A stretch of DNA of 64,000 bases from a virus (IMGVR_UViG_3300008108_000013), one strand, 5' to 3'. Numbered from the stretch's first letter, positions 34,990 to 42,755 are shown. Notes: generated from the letters alone by a model not told the origin. Numbers and translations: made by a program.

Positions 34990-35758
34990 AAAATTAACCA
35001 TAGATTGCTTATACATCAACGGGGATTCGTGGGTCTACGGCAGTGAACTAGTAGATCCTAGCAGACCCGATCTGCAGGATCATTTTCATCCTATCCACGA
35101 AAATTATAGAAAAAAATATAAATGGCCCACGCTGATAGCTGAACAGATTGGTGCAGAATTGATCAACAATTCGGAGCCTGGATCGGGAAATGATCGTATT
35201 TTAAGAACCAGCATATACGATCTAGCACAGTTAAAAATGCAGGGTCGTAGAGTTATGGCGATAGTTGCATGGTCCCAACTTCATCGGTTTGAAGTGTCTA
35301 ACCAAGGCGGCCCCTCATTTAGAGGATTTGTTAATCCTAATGATCCAGAACTGCCCAGAGGTGTTAGAGAATTTTGGGGAACATGGAGTTCTGATTACTG
35401 CGATCTAGTCAAGTGGATCACACAGATGATCAGTTTCCACAGTTTCTGTCGAGCTAACGATATTCCTGTGCTAGGTCTTAGCGTGTTTAAAAAACCTTAT
35501 AATTTACTAGAAAGACATATCAGCAGTAAAGAATTTAAACCGTATCTCACACAGCTCAATGAAATCTGCGATCTACCTGCACAGCACTATCAATTTAGTT
35601 TAGAATCAATACTCAAACAATACACAGGCATAGACTACGGACCTGGAGGGCATCCATTGAAAAAAGGCCATATGATTTTAGCAAGAAATATAGAAAACAA
35701 ACTTAAACAACGATTCACGATTAACCAACCCGAGGCACCCAATCAGCTACATAGTTGA
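34982..35758 (+). CDS. SGNH/GDSL-like hydrolase (258 aa)
   Basis: Block I NGDSWVYG, block II PGSGNDRI, C-terminal GGHP..GH catalytic-His motif. Confidence 0.7.
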   Translation: MSEKLTIDCLYINGDSWVYGSELVDPSRPDLQDHFHPIHENYRKKYKWPTLIAEQIGAELINNSEPGSGNDRILRTSIYDLAQLKMQGRRVMAIVAWSQLHRFEVSNQGGPSFRGFVNPNDPELPRGVREFWGTWSSDYCDLVKWITQMISFHSFCRANDIPVLGLSVFKKPYNLLERHISSKEFKPYLTQLNEICDLPAQHYQFSLESILKQYTGIDYGPGGHPLKKGHMILARNIENKLKQRFTINQPEAPNQLHS

Positions 35759-36201
35759 TGACATGGTATTACAATAATGAACAAGTCGAAACACTCCCTG
35801 AAGATTGCGTAGGCTTTGTTTATATCATCACCAACCTCATCAGCGGCAGGCGATACATAGGCAAAAAACTAGCCAAATTTAGTAAAACCACATATAAAAC
35901 TGTAAAACTCAAGAACGGCAACAAAAAGAAAAAGAAAATTCGCAGTAAAATTGACAGTGACTGGCGTGACTATTATGGATCAAGCCCGGAACTAAGCAAA
36001 GATATTGCGGAATTAGGCACAGAAAACTTTCGTAGAGACATACTTTTTTACTGTTCTAGCAAAGCAGAATGCAGTTATATAGAGGCCCGCGAACAATTTA
36101 CCCATCGAGTACTAGAATCAAAAGACTGGTATAACGGCCATATTCAAGTAAGAGTACACGGCTCGCATATACTCAAGGCTCAAGAAAAACAGGCAAAATA
36201 A
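35755..36201 (+). CDS. GIY-YIG-superfamily nuclease (148 aa; likely start ATG 35758)
   Basis: GFVYIITN...RYIGKK motif pair, YYGSS, conserved E (YIEAREQF) and a terminal YN; a Lys-rich loop KLKNGNKKKKKIRSK lies within. Confidence 0.75.
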   Translation: MMTWYYNNEQVETLPEDCVGFVYIITNLISGRRYIGKKLAKFSKTTYKTVKLKNGNKKKKKIRSKIDSDWRDYYGSSPELSKDIAELGTENFRRDILFYCSSKAECSYIEAREQFTHRVLESKDWYNGHIQVRVHGSHILKAQEKQAK

Positions 36202-36566
36202 AGCGGTTTTTGGGCTCAGTGCCGGCCAATATCGGGCACCCTTATACCTGGATCTCGGATCGCAGGGACGGAAATCTCTCGCCGCAAAGAGTACTCAGCA
36301 ACTACCCGTAATGGATGAAGATCGCTTAAAACCTGCGATTTTGCTGTTTGAAAAGAATATGTATAGGTAAAAAGAGCAGGGAAAACCTGCACGTACACAA
36401 GTATGTTAGCGTATATTTGTGTGCCGCCGTCATTATGAAGACGGGGCTCGAGGTACCGGATGACCGCCTCTGTAATGCCCTAACGCTATGTGGCATTGTT
36501 CAACTCGGATAATGTTTTTTTTCGCCCGGAAACGGGCGAAGTGTGGCTGAACAATCTGGATAATGC
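36202..36566 (+). ncRNA. Putative large structured non-coding RNA (family unassigned)
   Basis: The gap has no credible ORF, is GC-rich and is covered by helices: ATCGCAGG/CCTGCGAT, GCAGG-GAAAA-CCTGC, a 12-13 bp stem 36393-36424, CCGTC/GACGG, GGGC/GCCC with GAGG/CCTC, ATTGTTCA/TGAACAAT and TTCGCCCG-GAAA-CGGGCGAA. There are two possible pseudoknots. G-U pairs and the GAAA loop favour the + strand. Confidence 0.7.
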
Positions 36567-36569
36567 TAA

Positions 36570-36660
36570 AACGCTTCGCGTTCATGATGTTTGTTGATTA
36601 TTATCTAAGATCTAAAAAAGCTCGAGCGATAGCGAAGAGCAGATTGACGTAGTCAATCTG
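36570..36660. other. Second cluster of C(GNA)G triloop hairpins
   Basis: AACGC-GAA-GCGTT on the - strand (36570-82), GCTC..GAGC (36620-40) and CAGATTGAC-GTA-GTCAATCTG on the + strand (36640-60). Confidence 0.6.
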
Positions 36661-36667
36661 ATAATAG

Positions 36668-36675
36668 TATAAATA
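36668..36675 (+). promoter_or_regulatory. T4-type late promoter (perfect TATAAATA)
   Basis: Exact T4 consensus, followed by a GAGGA SD and ATG 36694. Confidence 0.8.
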
Positions 36676-36693
36676 TTGAACTGCGAGGAATAT

Positions 36694-37584
36694 ATGCGAG
36701 TTACTGAAATCATTTCTGAAGATCTTAATGAAAATGCTAAACGAAAGGCATGGCAAAAGTTTAGCGGTCTATTCATGGGCATGAGTCGTAAAGATTTAGT
36801 AGAAAAATTGGCCAAACAGTGGGCTGATGATATTGAGAATGCAGTATCTAGAGGTGTTCCAGCACGTTTATCATCACCTTCTAAAATCATTCCGGAAAAA
36901 TTCCGCGGAGATAGCACTATCCTTTCCGATGCACGTAATTTGGCTAATAGGATGGTAGCACAAAAAGTTGGTGGATCTATGCTAAAGGGATGGAATCAGT
37001 TATCCCCATGGATCACAAGTTTAGGTTTAGGATATTCTTTTTATAATCTGGTTACAGGTATCTATGAAGATGCTGGCAAATATCAAGGTGCTGATTTCCA
37101 AGCGGCTGCTCAGGTTAGAATTGATCGATTTGTCGCAGAAGCTGTTACTATAATAACAGTTCCTATTGCAACAAAGATTTTAAAATTACCTACAGGATTC
37201 CAAAGTTGGTTTGGCTGGATACCCGGTGTTACTGCTGTAACTAACGCTCTTGCCGCATTAAGCCCAACAGCAAACATAGCACTACAGGGCTGGCTAGCCA
37301 CAGACGAAGGCCGTAAAGCAGTGGCAGAATTTCTTGTTTACAACTCTTTTGCTAATTCATTCTTACAACCAGTACGTGCTTGGATTGGCGGTTGGGTTAA
37401 ACAAAAAACTCAACCACTGATCGATAAGATACAAGACTTTAAAGATCCAGCGGGTGCCGCAGGCCGCCAGCCTGAACGCGATCAACGAGCTGCCGCGCAA
37501 GCACAGCGTGATGCAGATGCAGAAATAAAATGGGATCCAAAAACAGATCCCCTCAACAAACCAACACCAGTTAATCCTAGATAA
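36694..37584 (+). CDS. Late hypothetical protein with hydrophobic/amphipathic segments; possible head-internal/ejected protein (296 aa; ATG 36694)
   Basis: SD and late promoter support ATG 36694. The N-terminus is MRVTEIISEDLNE, and there are Trp-rich hydrophobic stretches. Confidence 0.6.
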   Translation: MRVTEIISEDLNENAKRKAWQKFSGLFMGMSRKDLVEKLAKQWADDIENAVSRGVPARLSSPSKIIPEKFRGDSTILSDARNLANRMVAQKVGGSMLKGWNQLSPWITSLGLGYSFYNLVTGIYEDAGKYQGADFQAAAQVRIDRFVAEAVTIITVPIATKILKLPTGFQSWFGWIPGVTAVTNALAALSPTANIALQGWLATDEGRKAVAEFLVYNSFANSFLQPVRAWIGGWVKQKTQPLIDKIQDFKDPAGAAGRQPERDQRAAAQAQRDADAEIKWDPKTDPLNKPTPVNPR

Positions 37585-37792
37585 GAGGCATTTTAGTTTC
37601 TTTGGTCATGTCGATGTTTTCTTTGATCACAGAATAGAAACTGTCTCGATCATCGGCTGAATAGACATGCAGTAACTCTTGTACTGTTACACCGCCTCTC
37701 ATGTACCAACTTATTCTTGATAATTCGTTTTTAAATTCTTGTATTTCTTTATCTAGCCTAATTAGATATGTTTCAATGTCCGAGGCAGACAT
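37577..37792 (-). CDS. Small tail-assembly ORF, probably the -1 frameshift extension of the gp26-like gene (71 aa)
   Basis: No properly spaced SD; lies in the -1 frame and is open from the slippery site at 37810-37819. Confidence 0.65.
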   Translation of the reverse strand: MSASDIETYLIRLDKEIQEFKNELSRISWYMRGGVTVQELLHVYSADDRDSFYSVIKENIDMTKETKMPLI

Positions 37793-37797
37793 CCTAA

Positions 37798-38625
37798 TTA
37801 GGCTTTGGCGAAAAAATTTGCTTGGTCAAGCTCGATAAGCAGATTATCCTCAGTACTGCAATTAGCACAGGTAACATGTTGTCTAGGAATAGTCCATTTA
37901 TTTCTGTTATCTTCTAGATGTTTCTGTAGTTGATCAATAATTTCGACATCAGCATTTTCTAAAAATTCTTTGATATAAGTTTTTTCGATAACAGTTGCTC
38001 CGCCTGCTTCTATGCTATCTATTTGTGCAGTAAAAGCGTTAATACGCAGTTTGCCCAGTGCTACAAATACTTCTTCCATTAATTTTTTCTTTTCAGCATC
38101 GATGTCAATTAGGCTAATTTGATTAGCCTGTTGTTGTATTTGGAAATTTTCTAATCCGAACTCTGAGCTTTGTTTGTAAGTTAACGGTCTTGTTTTGATT
38201 AACATATCTTTTAACACAAGAGTATCTTCGTATGCACAGCTACCGAAGTGATCGATAAATGTATTAAGATTAATAGTATAATCGTTTTCTGTTCCACAGT
38301 TTTTACAAACATTTTTAACAGACAGTTCATTACCAAAAGTAGCAATACGGATAGCAGTTAACAATAGATCTGTATCTATAATTGACACATCCCACGGATC
38401 TGTTAGTGTTGGACAGCAACTTTGGAAAATCCTTACGGTACTTTCTCCGGATAATAGCGCATCTGGAGTTTTAAGTATGATCTCATCCATACCGGTCATG
38501 CCGTAGATTGGCATGCGATTTATATCCCCAGATACTGTATTAGGCTTATTAAAAATACCTTTGCTAGGCAGGCCAACATAGATCTTTGGTTGTCTAAAAA
38601 ACTGCTGTAATGGATTTGTGGTCAT
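37798..38625 (-). CDS. gp26: Baseplate hub assembly/tail chaperone, T4 gp26-like (275 aa)
   Basis: NPLQQFFRQPKIYV.LPS.G, MTG.DE, D.DLLL.AIR.AT.G and two CxxC pairs (CKNC, CANC); ends DQANFF. Confidence 0.75.
   Translation of the reverse strand: MTTNPLQQFFRQPKIYVGLPSKGIFNKPNTVSGDINRMPIYGMTGMDEIILKTPDALLSGESTVRIFQSCCPTLTDPWDVSIIDTDLLLTAIRIATFGNELSVKNVCKNCGTENDYTINLNTFIDHFGSCAYEDTLVLKDMLIKTRPLTYKQSSEFGLENFQIQQQANQISLIDIDAEKKKLMEEVFVALGKLRINAFTAQIDSIEAGGATVIEKTYIKEFLENADVEIIDQLQKHLEDNRNKWTIPRQHVTCANCSTEDNLLIELDQANFFAKA
37810..37819 (-). promoter_or_regulatory. Programmed -1 ribosomal frameshift slippery site A AAU UUU UUC
   Basis: Two overlapping in-frame X XXY YYZ heptamers a few codons before the gp26-like stop; the -1 frame runs into MSASD. 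Confidence 0.7.
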
Positions 38626-38636
38626 ATTTTACTCCG

Positions 38637-38644
38637 GATAAATA
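38637..38644 (+). promoter_or_regulatory. Late promoter (GATAAATA) for the tape-measure/portal transcript
   Basis: In the divergent gap upstream of ATG 38692. Confidence 0.6.
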
Positions 38645-38658
38645 TTTGTGAACTCGTG

Positions 38659-38666
38659 TATTTATA
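38659..38666 (-). promoter_or_regulatory. Late promoter (perfect TATAAATA) for the gp26-like gene
   Basis: Exact T4 consensus on the - strand; GGAG SD before ATG 38625. Confidence 0.75.
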
Positions 38667-38691
38667 TACGCATATTTCTTGGATTTTTTAA

Positions 38692-40698
38692 ATGGCTGAC
38701 CCTTCTGCTTCCGATATTAGTTCGTTAAAAACATCAATTGACGCTCTTACTGTTTCTGTTAAAAATATGGGAGGATTTCAACTGCCTTCTGTGGGTACAG
38801 TTATCAGCGGAACTGTAGGATCACTGACTAAACTAACTTCAGGTACTTTTGGACTAAGTGATGCTCTAGAGCTTACTACTAAGGCGTTTAACGTCTTCCC
38901 TGTTGTTGGCGGAGTAATGGGCGATGTACTAGGAAAAGTAGGTCGCACAGGTATTGAATTTAATAATGTTTTAAAAGACGTTTCTAAGAGCGGTATGAAC
39001 TTTGGCCTAGATATGGGCCTAATGGTTAATTCGATCACTGGTGCTAGAATGAGCTTGCCTGAGTTTCAGGCAATGGTCAAAGAAAACAGCGTAGCATTAA
39101 AAGGTCTTGCTGGCGATGCCGCAGGTAGCGGATTGAGATTTTTAGCATTTGCTAAAGATGTACAAGAATCAAACCTAGGAAGAGAATTAAAAGCCACAGG
39201 AGTAGGTGCTGACGAACTTAACAAAGCGTTAGGAATATCAACTTCTATACGCAGAGGCTCAGATCTTACTACAAAAGAATCTAACATAGCAGTAGTTGAG
39301 AGTGCTCTTTCTCTAGCTAGAGAAATGGATAACGTTGCTCGACTAACAGGAATAAGTCGACAAGAGCAAGAAAAAGCTGTGCAAGCACAACTGCGTAAGA
39401 ATGAAGTAGAAATTGCTCTCATGGCTATGGATGAAGACCAAAGAGAAGCATACCTAAAAGGAACTGCCTCTCTCAGCGCATTTGGTAAAGATGCCCAAGA
39501 CGTGTTTACTGCTTTTAAAACTGGAGGATTAAGGACCGCTGAAGATTCTATGAAGGCTGCGGCTCTAGGTCCAGAGTTTACGAGATTAATTAGAGAACTT
39601 TCTGAAATCGAAGGCAACGATGATGAAGCTAATCGCCGCCGAAAAGCAGTTATGGAGGCAATGGATGCTGAAACCCTACGTCTAGCAAACAATAAAGAAG
39701 AATTAAGAATTCGTGCCGCTCAGGTAACTGCAGGGGGAGAATGGGGACAAGCACAAGGACGAGTAATTGTTGGCATGAAAGACTATGCTACAGCACTTCA
39801 ACAGATACAGAGAGATGGTCTTCGAGCAGGCGAAACTATAGAACAGGCTAAAGCTAGAATTATAAAAGAAATAGAAGATCAACGCAGAGCCGCTCGTACA
39901 GGCGAAGTTTCACCTGAACAAATGGCGGCCACTGTTATTAATAGGACAGAAGATCTGTTTAAAGATATCAGTGCAGGGGTAGGTACAGCATTTGATGCGG
40001 CAAATAAAAAAGCATTCGGATTGCGTGATGCTTTTCAAGCAGTAAGCGACAAATTAACACCTATTACCCAAGCCAGTAGTGCCCAACTTGGTCGTGCTGT
40101 ATATGACAAAATAACCGCAGTCGGTGAAGGCAACAGAGAAGCGATTGAAACTAGTACAAATCCTGAGATTAGCGGATCAAACGAAGCAGAAGCACAGAGA
40201 AGAAGTAAACTCGGAAACGTAGGCCGAGAAGCATTCGGATCAAAGGATGTTTTTGGAGATTGGTTTAGCGGCCCTTTAAACAGATTATCATTTCTAGCTG
40301 AAAGAGAAGAAGAAGCTAGCGTTCCTTGGAGTAAACGATCACAGTTTATAACAGATATTGCCAGAGATGATCCTAGCGTACTTGCACCATTAATGAAAGA
40401 AATGCAATCATCGTTAGCCAGTGCATCTACATCCAGCGCCGACAGTATCAAAGGTTTAATGACTGAAATCATGAATACCGTTCCTACTTTAGTATCCGGT
40501 GGCGGATCTACCGCGTCTAATATTGCTAACTCAGTTGCAGGAAGCACAGCAATAGACAGCGGAACGGAAATTCAGATCGAGATGGTGAAAGGCATTAATA
40601 ACTTAAATAAACTAACCGCCCAACTAATCGAAACAGTAGAATCGACCGGGTCAAGTACCGCAAAAGCAATTAAAAGTAAAGGCAATTTAATAGCCTAA
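38692..40698 (+). CDS. Tape-measure-like protein (668 aa)
   Basis: Ala/Gly/Ser-rich, predominantly helical, with no catalytic motifs; lies beside the chaperone-like gp26 gene. Confidence 0.6.
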   Translation: MADPSASDISSLKTSIDALTVSVKNMGGFQLPSVGTVISGTVGSLTKLTSGTFGLSDALELTTKAFNVFPVVGGVMGDVLGKVGRTGIEFNNVLKDVSKSGMNFGLDMGLMVNSITGARMSLPEFQAMVKENSVALKGLAGDAAGSGLRFLAFAKDVQESNLGRELKATGVGADELNKALGISTSIRRGSDLTTKESNIAVVESALSLAREMDNVARLTGISRQEQEKAVQAQLRKNEVEIALMAMDEDQREAYLKGTASLSAFGKDAQDVFTAFKTGGLRTAEDSMKAAALGPEFTRLIRELSEIEGNDDEANRRRKAVMEAMDAETLRLANNKEELRIRAAQVTAGGEWGQAQGRVIVGMKDYATALQQIQRDGLRAGETIEQAKARIIKEIEDQRRAARTGEVSPEQMAATVINRTEDLFKDISAGVGTAFDAANKKAFGLRDAFQAVSDKLTPITQASSAQLGRAVYDKITAVGEGNREAIETSTNPEISGSNEAEAQRRSKLGNVGREAFGSKDVFGDWFSGPLNRLSFLAEREEEASVPWSKRSQFITDIARDDPSVLAPLMKEMQSSLASASTSSADSIKGLMTEIMNTVPTLVSGGGSTASNIANSVAGSTAIDSGTEIQIEMVKGINNLNKLTAQLIETVESTGSSTAKAIKSKGNLIA

Positions 40699-40706
40699 GG
40701 ATTAAT

Positions 40707-42428
40707 ATGAGCTGGAAAAAATATTTCACACCAGTACCGACTGTATCAAATTTAAGTCCAATTTCTGGAAATTCTTCATCGCGACCAGGACCGGCTGCTA
40801 CAAATTATTCCAGCTACTTGCCAGACGTTTATACCGGTAGTCCAAACCGTGTTGAACGTTATCAACAGTACGAAGTGATGGATTCAGATCCCGAAGTTAA
40901 CGCGGCTCTAGATATTCTAGCAGAGTTTTCTACACAAAAGTTAAAGGACGGTAAAACTCCTTTTACAGTTCAATGGCGACATAAAGCAACTAATTCAGAA
41001 ATAAGAATTTTAGGTGAATATCTACAGCAATGGTGCAGAATACAACAGTTTGATGTTCGTATTTTCCGTATGATGCGTAACACATTCAAGTACGGTGATG
41101 CTTTTTTTATTCGAGATCCAGAAACACAAAAGTGGAGCTATATCGATCCTAGTAAAATTGTAAAAATTATTGTTAACGAAAGTGAAGGCAAAAAACCCGA
41201 GCAATATGTAGTTAAAGATCTTGCACCTAATTTTGAGAGCCTTGTTGTAACACAGATTACACCTAACATTAATCCTAGACAAGGAACAGGCGGTATGGCT
41301 GGCAGCGGAGGATATGGAGCGATTGGCGGAACTATGCCTAAGAGCAACGCATATCCTACTAGTAATACTGGACGGTTTGGTACTAGCGAAACTGAATATG
41401 CAATCAACGCAGAACATGTAGTTCATCTTAGTCTTTCAGAAGGATTAGATAACAATTTTCCGTTTGGCAACAGTTTATTAGAAAATATTTTTAAAGTCTA
41501 CAAGCAGAAAGAACTGCTTGAAGACGCTATCTTAATCTATCGTATTCAACGTGCTCCAGAGCGCAGGGTGTTTCACATTGATGTAGGTAACATGCCAAGC
41601 CACATGGCTATGGCCTTTGTTGAAAGGGTTAAAAATGAAATCCATCAGCGTCGTATCCCTAGCCAAACAGGCGGCGGTCAAAACGTTATTGATAGCGCAT
41701 ATAATCCGTTGTCAATTAACGAAGATTATTTTTTCCCACAAACCGCAGAGGGACGTGGATCCAAAGTTGAGACCCTGCCTGGAGGGACGAATCTCGGTGA
41801 AATCGACGATTTAAAATACTTCACAAACAAGCTATTCCGCGGCCTACGAATTCCATCAAGCTATCTGCCAACAGGTGCAGACGATAGCCAAGCATCATAT
41901 AATGACGGTCGTGTTGGCACAGCATATATTCAAGAACTGCGTTTTAACAAGTATTGCGAACGTCTACAAGCATTAGTAACTAGTGTATTTGACGAAGAAT
42001 TTAAACTGTTTATGTATCAAAGAGGTGTTAATATTGACGCTAGTCTCTTTGAATTAAAGTTTAATCCGCCGTTAAATTTTGCAAGTAGTCGTCAGGCTGC
42101 TATGGATACTGAACGCATTAATACGTTCAATACTGTACAGGCATTGCCTTTTATGTCAAAACGATTCGCTATGAAGCGTTATCTAAATTTAACCGACGAC
42201 GAGATAGCAGAAAACGAACGTATGTGGGCAGAAGAAAACGGCAAAGGACAACCAACTTATACTGACTCTGCTGGCGAATTACGCTCAGCTGGTCTTAGTG
42301 CCGCAGGTATTGAAGGTGATCTAGGTATGGCAGGTGACCTTGGAGGTGATGAAGGTATTGAACCTTTAGATGCTGGCTCTGAACCAGTAGCACCTGCGAC
42401 ACCTGCCGGAACGGTACCTCCCGCATAA
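40707..42428 (+). CDS. gp20: Portal vertex protein, T4 gp20-like (573 aa)
   Basis: LLEDAILIYRIQRAPERRVFHIDVGNMP, EDYFFP...GRGSKVETLPGG.NLGEIDDLKYF and ELRF.KY..RLQ are gp20 signatures. Confidence 0.97.
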   Translation: MSWKKYFTPVPTVSNLSPISGNSSSRPGPAATNYSSYLPDVYTGSPNRVERYQQYEVMDSDPEVNAALDILAEFSTQKLKDGKTPFTVQWRHKATNSEIRILGEYLQQWCRIQQFDVRIFRMMRNTFKYGDAFFIRDPETQKWSYIDPSKIVKIIVNESEGKKPEQYVVKDLAPNFESLVVTQITPNINPRQGTGGMAGSGGYGAIGGTMPKSNAYPTSNTGRFGTSETEYAINAEHVVHLSLSEGLDNNFPFGNSLLENIFKVYKQKELLEDAILIYRIQRAPERRVFHIDVGNMPSHMAMAFVERVKNEIHQRRIPSQTGGGQNVIDSAYNPLSINEDYFFPQTAEGRGSKVETLPGGTNLGEIDDLKYFTNKLFRGLRIPSSYLPTGADDSQASYNDGRVGTAYIQELRFNKYCERLQALVTSVFDEEFKLFMYQRGVNIDASLFELKFNPPLNFASSRQAAMDTERINTFNTVQALPFMSKRFAMKRYLNLTDDEIAENERMWAEENGKGQPTYTDSAGELRSAGLSAAGIEGDLGMAGDLGGDEGIEPLDAGSEPVAPATPAGTVPPA

Positions 42429-42431
42429 ATA
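42424..42431 (+). promoter_or_regulatory. Late promoter (CATAAATA) overlapping the portal stop codon
   Basis: GCA-TAA-ATA; only 5 nt separate it from ATG 42437. Confidence 0.6.
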
Positions 42432-42436
42432 TTAAT

Positions 42437-42676
42437 ATGATACTTCGCGAATTATTTTATATTGATCCTGATACTCGCCGCACAGCTAACGACTTTCGTT
42501 ACTCAGCGGATCGCGATATCACCACTATGCATCGTGACGATACACGAAAAACACGTCTAACATTAAGACAACTCAACGAATTACGTAAGAGCAGTGAAGC
42601 ACACATTTTAGAACAAGAGAGAGAATTAGCGTTTATTAGCGACATGTATAAACCTCAAATGGCTCCTACTGCATAA
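42437..42676 (+). CDS. Small prohead-region protein (79 aa)
   Basis: Between the portal and core genes (gp67/gp68 position); contains DTRKTRLTLRQLNELRK. Confidence 0.65.
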   Translation: MILRELFYIDPDTRRTANDFRYSADRDITTMHRDDTRKTRLTLRQLNELRKSSEAHILEQERELAFISDMYKPQMAPTA

Positions 42677-42699
42677 ATACGCCATCAAATTATATTAAA

Positions 42700-42723
42700 A
42701 GACTGTGAAAACAGTCTATTTTT
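42700..42723 (+). terminator. Intrinsic terminator-like hairpin
   Basis: AGACTGT-GAAA-ACAGTCT followed by ATTTTT. Confidence 0.6.
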
Positions 42724-42755
42724 ACGCCATTATAACTCGGTTTTTTATAATATAT

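Noticed and set aside
36216-36398. 60-aa minus-strand ORF in the non-coding gap
   Set aside because: Non-ATG start, no SD or promoter, atypical composition; better explained as the antisense of a structured RNA.
36372-36400. AGAGCAGGGAAAACCTGCACGTAC resembles group II intron domain V (AGC...GAAA...GCACGUAC)
   Set aside because: The lower DV stem (AGCCGU/ACGGUU) cannot form, and no domain VI, interrupted gene or reverse transcriptase is visible.
36515-36540. TTCGCCCG-GAAA-CGGGCGAA as an intrinsic terminator
   Set aside because: The T-run precedes the hairpin on the + strand and becomes an A-run after it on the - strand, so neither orientation fits. It is also nested inside a larger helix.
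35755-36566. Group I intron carrying a GIY-YIG homing endonuclease; also RNase P RNA or tmRNA
   Set aside because: No recognisable P7 R/S elements or split host gene, no GAGGAAAGUCC RNase P motif and no tRNA-like tmRNA ends. A formal covariance-model search is still needed.
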